In this document: positions 12,874 to 23,227 of the stretch, piece after piece
Layout: the number at the start of each line of letters is the position of its first letter
Numbering within the stretch: position 1 is the first letter of the stretch
From: Enoplolaimus lenunculus
Taxonomy: Eukaryota
Direction: 5' to 3'
Assembly (NCBI GenBank): GCA_030248215.1
Contig: JASANG010002509.1
Location: 186,001 to 250,000 of the forward strand
Length of the DNA: 64,000 bases
Position numbers and translations under genes: made by a program
The notes under the pieces: generated by a model
Databases searched by the model: none
What the model was told of the DNA's origin: nothing
What the model saw: only the letters and a program-made list of their open reading frames with translations

Positions 12874-13428
12874 TCATTCAAGCTATATTATTCGTTGTTT
12901 AATGACAGTATATAGGATCCCCCGCGTACGAACCAACAAGAACTTACTGGTTCAGCACGGGCTTCGAGTAATTTGGTGTTGGTGTATACTTTTTCCAGTG
13001 GAAGCTTTGAATAATTAGGTGGAAAAAGGGAGTTTTTGCCTCAACCTAAATTCAGTAGAGTGAAAATGTTTGCGTGCAAAATGTTTTTATAAACCAAAGC
13101 TGTTAGTGTTATCATTTGGCTTAAAACAAGAATCTGTAGCTATGATTGACCAAAATAAAGAAATCATGAAAATGCCAAAAAATTCACAACAGACAGTATA
13201 TTGTTTTCAAATATGATTGGATAAAAGACGGGGTTGTCACTGATTTGATGAAACTTTTTGTAAGATTTTTTCTGGTGATCAACAGATGCCTGCTTTGATC
13301 ATTCCCGTTGAAATATGAGCGTCCACAGAAGAGAAGTACGGTAGTTCTCGTTGATTCTTGTAGATCTCGAATCAAATGTCGCAGACCGCATTGACATTAT
13401 TGTTTATTAAAATTCTATTTGTTGCTGC

Positions 13429-13619
13429 GGCCCATGTAAAGATCAGGAGCGGAACGTTTTTCTGTCGCACTAGAAATCAGTAAGCTTAAGCTTTAGACTA
13501 TTTTTTTGCTTGGTTTAGGCTTAGGCTTAAGAATACGGCTCATTCTTACACTTAGGCTTAGGCTTAGTCTTAGGAATATGCTTATAATACTGTTTCGGCC
13601 TCTGGTCTTTACATGGGCC
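13429..13619 (+). mobile_element. Telomere-repeat MITE, subfamily A
   Basis: Both TIRs; TSD gttgctgc/gttacggc. Confidence 0.85.
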
Positions 13620-14289
13620 GTTACGGCTTACCATGGTTTCTCTAATAGTTTTAAGTTTTACGAAAAAAAGTTTGCAAATTTTGAATCTTTTGACGTAATT
13701 TTGACGAATTATATATGCCAAATCGTTTCAAAATTGTTCATGCCTTAGCGGCATATATATTCTGCAGTCGTTGTATCTTGCGTATGCCTTATAATATTCA
13801 ATGACACTTTACTGTACCTTTATTGTCAATACGTTGACTAAATTTTTAATAGAGTTTGACAGTTTTTTGACTATCGTTTATGATAAGTTTCATTAAAAAT
13901 TACCATAAACTGAACGTGTTTTTCGTTGATTATATATTTCTAAAAAATACAAACATACTAAAACTTTGATGTTAATACTAAACTATTAACATAACGATTG
14001 TATAGTTGATAGGAATAATGTTTGACTTTGACCAAATATAAGGTTTAAACAAAACACTTTGCGGTATGCTATTTAAGGTTATAAAGGATAATAGTAAGTT
14101 AGCTTAAGGCTGTTTAGAAATTTAGTTTTATCGAAGTACAACACTTCTACCCTCGCACTTTAGCTAACATCGTTCGTAGGAACGCTATAGTTAATTTATA
14201 CTGGAGCAGTAAAAATAGCATACGATATTTTTGACTCTGGAGGAAAACAATACTGGACTGAAAAGTAACAAATTCTTCTCAGTTGAGAA

Positions 14290-14712
14290 CAGAGGTGTTA
14301 GTGGGTAAAGATTTTTTACCCGCGCTGCGCTTTACCCGCGGAAATTTTATTTTTTACCCGCAGGTATTCTCGTGCAAAATAAGTTTATCCGTTCCCGCCT
14401 TCACTGGCGCAAAATTACTTCAGTGGTACTCGCCCATATTTTTTCATCTCCGTTCAATACAATTGTGTAATTTGACAGTGCATTGATGTTTACTCGCTAC
14501 TTATTTTTTACTCGTCCGGTTAAAACAAATGAAAACATTCAAGTTTTTCCACATTATCTGGTTTAAAGTTTTGTCATCAAAATTTCAAGCGGGTAAAAAA
14601 TCCCAAACTTTTACCCGCGTTTTGAAATGCTTTATACTCGCGTGTATACCCGCATCAACGGTTTCTTTCCCGTCCCGCTTTTATCTGCGGGTTGCGTTCA
14701 GTTCGGGTCGAG
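14290..14712. repeat. TACCCGC/GCGGGTA-rich interspersed repeat (similar segments at 37496-37625 and 37820-37945)
   Basis: Recurrent tttacccgc/gcgggtaaaa motifs in both orientations. Confidence 0.5.
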
Positions 14713-14750
14713 AATGACCACAAAATTAATCATTTAATGTAGAAAAATGT

Positions 14751-15131
14751 GGCCCATGTAAAGATCAGGGCGAAACGTTTTTCTGTAGGACTATATAAAA
14801 GTAAGCTTAAGCTTTTGACTAATTTTTTGCTTGGCTTAGGCTTAGGCTTAGGAATATGCTCATTCTTACGCTTAGGCTTAGCCTTAGGCTTAGGTTTAGG
14901 AAAATGCTCATTCTTACGCTTAGGCTTAGGATTAGGCTACGGCTTAGGAATACGCTCATTCTTACGCTTAGACTTAGGCTTAGGCTTAGGAATATGCTCA
15001 TTCTTACGCTTACGCTTAGGCTTAGGCTTAGGTTTAGGAATATGCTCATTTTTACGCTTAGTCTTAGTCTTAGTCTTAAGGCTTAGGAATATACTTATTA
15101 TACAGTTCCGCCTCTGTTCTTTGCATTAGCC
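14751..15131 (+). mobile_element. Telomere-repeat MITE, subfamily A, internally expanded (5 core units)
   Basis: TIRs; repeated ttaggaatatgctcattcttacgc(ttaggc)n; TSD aaaaatgt/aaaaatct. Confidence 0.9.
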
Positions 15132-15865
15132 AAAAATCTTAACAACCCGTCATTGCTTTTTGTTTAGTTTTGTCTATCAAAGATGTACGCTGAATGTTTG
15201 AAAACTGATTGGCAAATAAAGTTGTACATTTTAAACCCGATAGGCATATATGATTTTCAAACCAGTCATTGCAATCATTTTCATTTAATTATAATCCAAT
15301 TTGATCCATCCAATGACAGCTGACATGTAAAACATCATTTATTGCCAACGCAGTTTTTACTTTTATAGCCATCGTTTAAGAACAACAGTTCCTATGTGAT
15401 TAATTATGTTTTAAATTTTTGAAATGTAATTGATTGTGTATAATTCGATTTTAGCCTATATTTTTTAGACCAAAAACCGTCCAATCTAATTCTGGTTCAG
15501 GTCAAAACATCTGACCTAAACTACTGATTGGGTATAGGGCCCGTATTTTCAAATGCGGGTAGCACCTGTCACCAGCTGGTGATAGGTTTTATAACTTTCG
15601 CACTGGTGAATGCTGACACTGAAAATGTAGCACATTTTTCGCATTTGATTTGCACTACTCTTGTACTAATTTTGTGTTCAGCAACGTGCAATAGTTAGCG
15701 AGTTTGAAAACCTAAAAGACTAACTAAAGATAGTTGCTATACACATTTGAGAATACAGGCCCAGGTTTGCGTATTTTCCCTTCCTTTCTTAGTAGTGTGG
15801 TAGTTTACAGCAAGATTACTTATTCGTTTTGTTAAACGCAAATAACAGGTGTCAGTTTCAACATG

Positions 15866-16629
15866 CTCTCTAAAAACTTAAACTATAGCTTAACTAAACT
15901 TGAATAAGTTTAACACGAGTTCAAGTAAGCTTATTTTCAGTTTTAAGTAACAAGTGTAGCCGTGTATCTAACAGTTCATTAAGTTTAACATAAACTGAAA
16001 ATATGTAAAATTATCAATGAGTTTAAGCATAAACTTACCTGTTAGTTTAGTTAATCTAAAAAGTTAGTTTAATACTGGTGGATTAGCTTAAGCTTAAATC
16101 AAGTTAGTTTAAGCTTTTAGACAGGGGTCAATTCCACAAAATTATGCAAATTCCACAATATCATGCATACACCAGGTGACTTTCGATGGGGAAGTGTGCA
16201 GCGCACTGAAGCTTTTTTGGCTTCAGTGCGCTGCACACTGAAGTGGATCGTAGATGTCAAAAAAATTTCTATCAGATGGAGTTTATTTCGCCTCCAATTC
16301 AAATTATTGCTACTCTTTGAAAATTTAAACAAACTTGACTATAAACTCAAGCAAATCTAACAGCATTAAACTAACTTTCTCGATTAACTAAACAAACAGG
16401 CAGATTTACGCTTAAACTCATTTTAATTCTGGCGACACGTTTTTAGTTTAATCTAAACTTAATGAGTTCTTAGATACACATAATTTCTGGGCTGCACTTG
16501 TTACTTAAACCAAAAATAAGTTTGACTTAAACATATATGGGCTCTAGTTTAGTTAATCCGACCAGCGACTTTACTTGAGCTAATTTTAAATTGAGTTAAG
16601 CTTTAATTTACGTTTAAGTTTTTAGAGAG
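15866..16629. mobile_element. Fold-back TIR element (CTCTCTAAAAACTTAAAC ends)
   Basis: ctctctaaaaacttaaac ... gtttaagtttttagagag|ta; long imperfect inverted arms at about 15930-16080 and 16365-16520. Confidence 0.75.
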
Positions 16630-16698
16630 TACACCACTGCTTTTCAAGCGGAGCCGATAACGAATATGTGATACCAACTAGTAAAACATAAGATTAAT

Positions 16699-17206
16699 GG
16701 CCCATGTATAGAACAGGGCCGAATCATTTTGCGGAGGTGTTATAATAGAGTCAGTTTAAGCTTCAGACAAATTTTTTGCTTAGGCTTAGGCTTAGGCTTA
16801 CGTTTAGGAATAAGCTCATCCATACGCTTAGGCTTAGGCTTAGGCTTAGGCTTACGTTTAGGAATAAGCTCATCCATACGCTTAGGCTTAGGCTTAGGCT
16901 TAGGCTTACGTTTAGGAATAAGCTCATCCATACGCTTAGGCTTAGGCTTAGGCTTAGGCTTACGTTTAGGAATAAGCTCATCCATACGCTTAGGCTTAGG
17001 CTTAGGCTTAGGCTTACGTTTAGGAATAAGCTCATCCATACGCTTAGGCTTAGGCTTAGGCTTAGGCTTAGGCTTAGGCTTAGGCTTAGGCTTAGGCTTA
17101 GGCTTAGGCTTACGTTTAGGAATAAGCTCATCCATACGCTTAGGCTTAGGCTTAGGCTTAGAAATATGTTTATACTACTGTTCCGGCCCTGTTCTCTACA
17201 TGGGCC
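16699..17206 (+). mobile_element. Telomere-repeat MITE, subfamily C, with 6 identical cores at mostly 54-bp period
   Basis: ggcccatgtatagaacagggccg ... cggccctgttctctacatgggcc; TSD agattaat/atattaat. Confidence 0.92.
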
Positions 17207-17623
17207 ATATTAATGTTCGCCTACCCCGAGAACAATTTTGGGACCACCGGTGTTATCAATAAAACAATCCATATTCCTGTCATTGTCACTTGAACACCGG
17301 TGTGCTTTTAACTTTATCCATACGGTCTATAAGGTCAACAGTCCTTACAGGTTACAGTTTATTTTTAAATATGAAACCCAAAAAAAAACGCGCACGTGTC
17401 TTATTGGCTATTGTTTTTTTGGAAAAAAAATAAATTTTTTAGAATTTTTGGATACCGGTACACAACATAAGCATGATAAAATCAATATAAACCTGTGCGT
17501 CTGTGTACGCGTCTCGGTTTTATTTGAAAGACTTTTAATTTGGTCGCTTTTTAAATCGGTTTTATTTGACAAAAAATTGCAATTTATAATAAAAGAACAA
17601 TTGTAATAGTAAGAAAGCTGTAC

Positions 17624-17784
17624 ATCCTCGTAGCCAGATCACCTTGCTTGGGGGGGGGGCTAAAAATATTCAGGAGCGGCATTCTAGGGTTTTCAATGAG
17701 TTACAAGTATAAACTTTCTTGGGAGTCCAAAATGTGTCCAGCGGGGGCTGTCCGTTCTGCCCCGCTCCGTTGGCTACGGGCCGA
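17624..17784. mobile_element. hAT-like MITE family H
   Basis: cgtagccag ... tggctacgggccg; interior shared with the copies at 36874 and 45591. Confidence 0.65.
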
Positions 17785-18796
17785 GAGTTTGAGCCATTTT
17801 CAATACATCATGTTCAATGTACACTCTATTGTTTTCCGATCCATTAACTGGATCTTAGTTTGTCTGACCTTAACCAGAAATTTTTTATTACTTCGTTAAC
17901 TCAAGCGTAAATTTTTAAATTTGACCTTTTCCGTAAATTTATACTTAAAATATTGAAACAAATTTTACTAAAAAAAGGAAAAAAAGTTTCGTAGAAGCAA
18001 AATACTGATAGTTCGTTAGCCATATTGGGCAATGATATGAAAAAATTTTTCGCTTGATCCTACAGAATCCGTCAGTGCTTCCGAAAATGTGAAAACATGC
18101 TTATTCAACAATGCAATAATTTGACCTATTAACGCAATAAATACCAATTTAACACATATGTTAATAGAAAAGTAACACTACAATGCTAATAAGGTTGTGT
18201 CAGCGTTTCATTAACAGTATTAGAAGCATATTCATAAGCCTAAGCCTAAGCCAATCAAAAAAAATTTAGTCTAAAGCTTTTGCTTACTCAATTGCAGTCC
18301 CACAGAAAAATGTTCCGCCTCTGATGTTTATGGGCCGATGTGTTGCAAGACGCTTTTGAAGTAATCAACAAGCAAATATTTCGGTTTAGGCATATGGAAA
18401 CTGGTATCCGGCAGCATTAACAAAGATCTGATCACAGTATGAAATTTAATAGCAAATTAATTTGGTTGGTTTTCATGGATGCTGTGAGATTTAGCAGTCC
18501 CAGGCCTTCCGTTAGCGTTAACCTAACGACAGTGGTTTGATATTTTTTACCCATCGCATATGTAATTGAAAATCGTATAAGATTCGTTTGGTATTGTTTA
18601 TACAGAGTACATACAATCTGTGTATGATGTAGTTTATTTTATGAATTTACGTCAATGTATAGAATAGGTCCATAACAGTTATGCGGGGTTCAAGTTATAA
18701 CTGGGGCAGCCCGGAACACGTTTTGTCCGTATAACAATAGCTGGTAACATGTCTGCCCGTTTATGCGGTATCAAATTCAAAAAATTTCAATTTTAA

Positions 18797-18985
18797 GTCA
18801 ACGTATAGAATAGGGCCATAACAGTTATTATAAACAACAAATATTTCTGAGCGTTGGCTAAAGCCAAAGCCTAAGTGTGAGAATGAGCTGATTCTTAAGC
18901 CTAAGTAAAAAATTAGTCTAAACCTTAATTTTACCCTGTTGCAGTCCCACACAAAAACGTTCCGTTCATGATGTTTACATTGGCC
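18797..18985 (-). mobile_element. Telomere-repeat MITE, decayed (another partial copy at about 18205-18336)
   Basis: gcagtcccacacaaaaacgttccg...tttacattggcc; degenerate GCCTAA. Confidence 0.7.
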
Positions 18986-19809
18986 GAAGTTAAACTAGAA
19001 CGCAAAGCATAATTACCAAGAAATTGGCAAAACATAGCAATCATAACAAAATGTTTTGTTGAAATGTCAGTTTAAAATTTTACTCAGTATTCAATAACAC
19101 CTACTGAATTTTTAGAATTTCAATTTGAACACTAGCAGATCCAAAGAGCGGAGGCGGCGCGGGCCTACGAATCCTGTCATCAGAATTGTTTTTGTAATAA
19201 AATGGTAAGGTTCCTAAACCTAAGTTTGCACCAGTAGCAGATCCAGAAATTGCCAACAAAAGGGTCGGTCGATATATATTAAAAAAGGCTCGCAGACAAG
19301 GCGGGCTATGGGACAACTTAAGAAATCATTCATTCTCAACACAAAATTTTGGTGTTTAATTCATATTTGAAACCTGGGGTATGGCATGCATGACCAATTG
19401 AATCGTCTGAATCTACTTGGAAACATGTGATATTAAAATGTGTTTGTTTTCATCATTAAAAATATTCTAATTATTACAAGTGACAAATATAAATATTAGC
19501 TATGAAATTAGAACGCAAAATTAATGTAATATAATTAAAGTTTGTACTTAATCAAATCATGTTGTCGAAGAGACAAACTCTGAGCCCGCAGTAAAAGCTA
19601 ATTATCATTTATATTTTGATTCAACCGTATTTGATGGTATATGTGCCGCCCAGTGTGACGGCCAAGATTTTCAAAGCGATGGGTCACTGTGCTATAAACG
19701 TGTTGAAACGTTTTACCAACTGAAAAGTTGATAAATTTTGTGGAGAAAAATTGCTAAGCAGAGGTGTTAACTCTTAAACCCTCATACCTACAGCCTTATT
19801 ACCGCCGCC

Positions 19810-20010
19810 GGCCCATGTAAAAACAGGGGCGGAACGTTTTTCTGTGGGGCTAGAATAGAATAAACTTAAGCTTTAGACTAATTGTTTTGCTTGGTTTAGG
19901 CTTAGGAATAAACTCATTCTTACACTTAGGATTAGGTTTAGGCTTACGCTTGCTTAGGAATAAGCTTATAATACTGTAATACTGTCTCGTCCCTGTTCTT
20001 TACATGGGCC
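19810..20010 (+). mobile_element. Telomere-repeat MITE, subfamily A
   Basis: Both TIRs; TSD ccgccgcc/ccgccgct. Confidence 0.88.
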
Positions 20011-20438
20011 CCGCCGCTATATGATGCAACGAACCTTGCTGTAATTTGAAAATATTAAGCCAAGACTTTGAAGTTTCAAAAAAGATTTCTTGCAAATTGC
20101 AATGTATATGTTGAAAGTTGCTATTTTTTAATTTTCACCGCATTAACGATACTACTATTAGTCATTTCTACAATCTAAGGTAATTGACGTTTTATTGACT
20201 GGTTAGTAATTGCGGACAATATCCAATTACTGAGTCAAATTATGGAAAAACTACTCCTATTGACGCAGACTCAAAACAGACATTCCTGACTCGTGTTTAC
20301 CTGCGCATCTTATCCGAGTCATTGCAGAACGGCACTCGAGAGACTTCTTGGCTCCAAGGTGATTTAAAGCACAGAAAAAAATAAATTCAGTATCAACGAA
20401 ACCGTCTGTTCTGTACAATTGACATTGTGAATATCTAT

Positions 20439-20663
20439 GACCCATGTGAAAATCAGGGGCGAAACGTTTTTGTGTGGGACTACAAAAGAGTAAGCTTAAG
20501 CTTTAGATTCATTTTTTGCTTGACTTAGGCTTAGGCTTAAGAATATTCTCATTCTTACGCTCAGGCTTAGGCATAGGCTTAGGTTTAGGCTTAGGTTTGT
20601 GCTTAGGCTTAGGCTTGGGAATATGCTTATAATACTGTTCCGCCCCTGTTCTTTACATTGGCC
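20439..20663 (+). mobile_element. Telomere-repeat MITE, subfamily A
   Basis: Both TIRs; TSD atatctat/aaatctgt. Confidence 0.85.
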
Positions 20664-22102
20664 AAATCTGTAAACAAAAGTTGCTTATTTAAAGCTTTTC
20701 GCTTGTTTTGTTTTCTCAGCTAAACTTGAATAGTTTGCCAAAATTGCCTTGTTTTCCGTATAGTTTTGTAGCTAAAGCAAGCCGACAAAAGCCCACAAGT
20801 AAAAACGGTGCTAAAAGTAGCCACAAAAGCTTCGTCAATTGGTTGGGGGGGTTTCGAACAGAACATTACGTACACATTTGACATGATCGGTTAGACCGAG
20901 ACAGTGGGGTCGCTGTCACATAAATATCCCTAAATTAAAATATACGGGAGCATGTTTGATGCCGCATAAATAAAGTGTCATGGTTCGCACCGGGTGTTCC
21001 CCCGCTGTAAATAAAGGGGGTTTCGGCTGAAAACGCAAAGCGTGTCGGGTACATTGTTTTCTACACAGAATGTAAACCCAGTTGAATGTTCTTGTTGAAG
21101 TATGCATCGTCCACTCTTGGTTTATGCAAACACGTTATTTCGAATCGTTAAGCTCTCTCTATGTCGCATATATTCGTAAATCTTGTTAAATTGATGGTTG
21201 AAATATGTCGAGGGGTTGAAAATTGAACGAGTGCATTGTATTTATTGCCAACACCAGGTGACGGTAACTTGCTTTACGTTTAATTGTTATTGGTTCGATG
21301 TCTGAAATCTTACTTAAATATTATTTAAATTATGCTAAAGTAATTACTTATGTCGCCGACTTAAGTAATTACTTAAATTTCCGAGCACAGCCAAAGAAAC
21401 TCCAAATATCGGCGTTTGCCTTGACAAAGAACCGATAGTTTTGCCTTATATTAAGGAGACATCATTAGTATACAATTTCAATTAAACCAAGGTTAGTATG
21501 CCTGAGCGGTTAAATTATAGTATATCAAATTTAGTCAGCACATTTAGTAATTTACATAACTTTAAGTACACTTTTAAAAACGGCAAAACAGTAAAGCAAT
21601 TACTAAGCCCGTACTAATAAGTACTAAGTTGTACTTAAATATAGGGTTTCGGAAAACCAGCCAATTCCTATGTTGACTCAACCAAATGATTTCGTTTATG
21701 AATTGCACAGTGTGTATACGTAGCAAACTACGTGGATGCGGTTTCGGTTTTTGTTCACTTCAAATTTTGCCCTGACTTATAAAATTTGATTCCAAAAATA
21801 TATAATTTGAATAAATGTTCCAACGAAGAGTTTTTTCATTTTTTCGAATTTTCATGAAAATTTCACTAAAATATCAAATATACTTTTATTACTGAAACAA
21901 ATGTTCGCAAAATCATAACAACGGACTGAGTTAAGGCTTTTTAAAGGCAACAGGTGAACTGGCACAAGATATCTCAAAATAGCAGATATTTTTACGATAG
22001 CTGCGAAGATGTCATGTCCAATTATGGAATTGGTTTGTCCTACTTGATCATGTCACGACACCCACCTTAAAATTGCTTAAAATTCAAACTACCGCTTAGT
22101 AT

Positions 22103-22572
22103 ACGCTGCAAAAGAATGCTGAGTCAAATTGACTCTCTCCGGATTAGGCTCTTCGGGACTCTACACAAACTGAGTCAAATTCGATTCTGTCAAGTCACAT
22201 TCTATCCACTGGGTTGCACGTTTGACTCTGGCGGAATTGAATTTGACTCAACTTGTATAGTACCGTAGAGCAAATTTTGGAGAGAGAGTCAATTTGAGTC
22301 ATCATTTTTTGTAGGGTACGTTTAAAGAAGATTGTTTCAGATTCGACGTTCATCTATCTATACTGCAAAAAATGGTGAGACAAATTGACTCTCTCCGAAA
22401 TATTCTTTTCGGGACTACACAAATTGAGCCAAAATTCGACTTCACCAGTGTCCAGTTCGACTTACTCAGTCGCACGTTTGACTCTGGCGGAGTCGAACTT
22501 GACTATAAGTTTGTGTAGTTTCGAAAAACCTTTTTCGGAGAGAGTCAAGTTGACTCGCCATTTTTTGCAGTG
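22103..22572. mobile_element. Two adjacent family P MITEs (about 22103-22316 and 22361-22572) upstream of GPCR2
   Basis: ctgcaaaa(a/g)aatg.tgag.caaattgactctctccg starts; cattttttg(c/t)ag(t/g)g|ta ends. Confidence 0.8.
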
Positions 22573-22871
22573 TACTACGGGGGGCAGTGAAGAATTTTTT
22601 CCGAATCTGCATAATCCTATATAGTAAGCTAGTTCCCCAAAGGCAAATCTGTTTGAATTTAAGAATATTTATCAAATTAAGTTACAAATAACGTAACAGA
22701 AACCCATATACTTGCTTATTTTGTCTCATTTCACCAAAGATCGGTGTGTCAAACAGTGATTCAAAATCACCAACGGTTGCACCGCTGCGCACACTGGCCA
22801 TCACTGAACACAAAACCACTACTTTATTGGCGTTCGAGCTAACTTTAAATTCAAACTATCCATATCAAACA

Positions 22872-23177
22872 ATGAATTCGTCAAGAGCGTTCGCCGACTA
22901 TTACAAAATTCAACCGGATGATCATCTCAGTGAAAACTCGACCGATATTTCAACTGCTCCTGATTCGAATAGTTCAACGTTATGCGCTGAGTCGTTAATA
23001 GCACCAAGCTATCAATTTATTGACCGTATGCCAGTATTGGAACACATTGAAATGCTGTATTTGTTTCCTGTAATGTTTCTCATCGGAGTATCCGGAAATT
23101 TGTTAAATCTTATCGTTTTAGCGGAAAGCCGACGCACCCACCCAAGAGGAGAAGAAACAACAAAAAAGAGAACCCAG

Positions 23178-23227
<50 letters not shown>

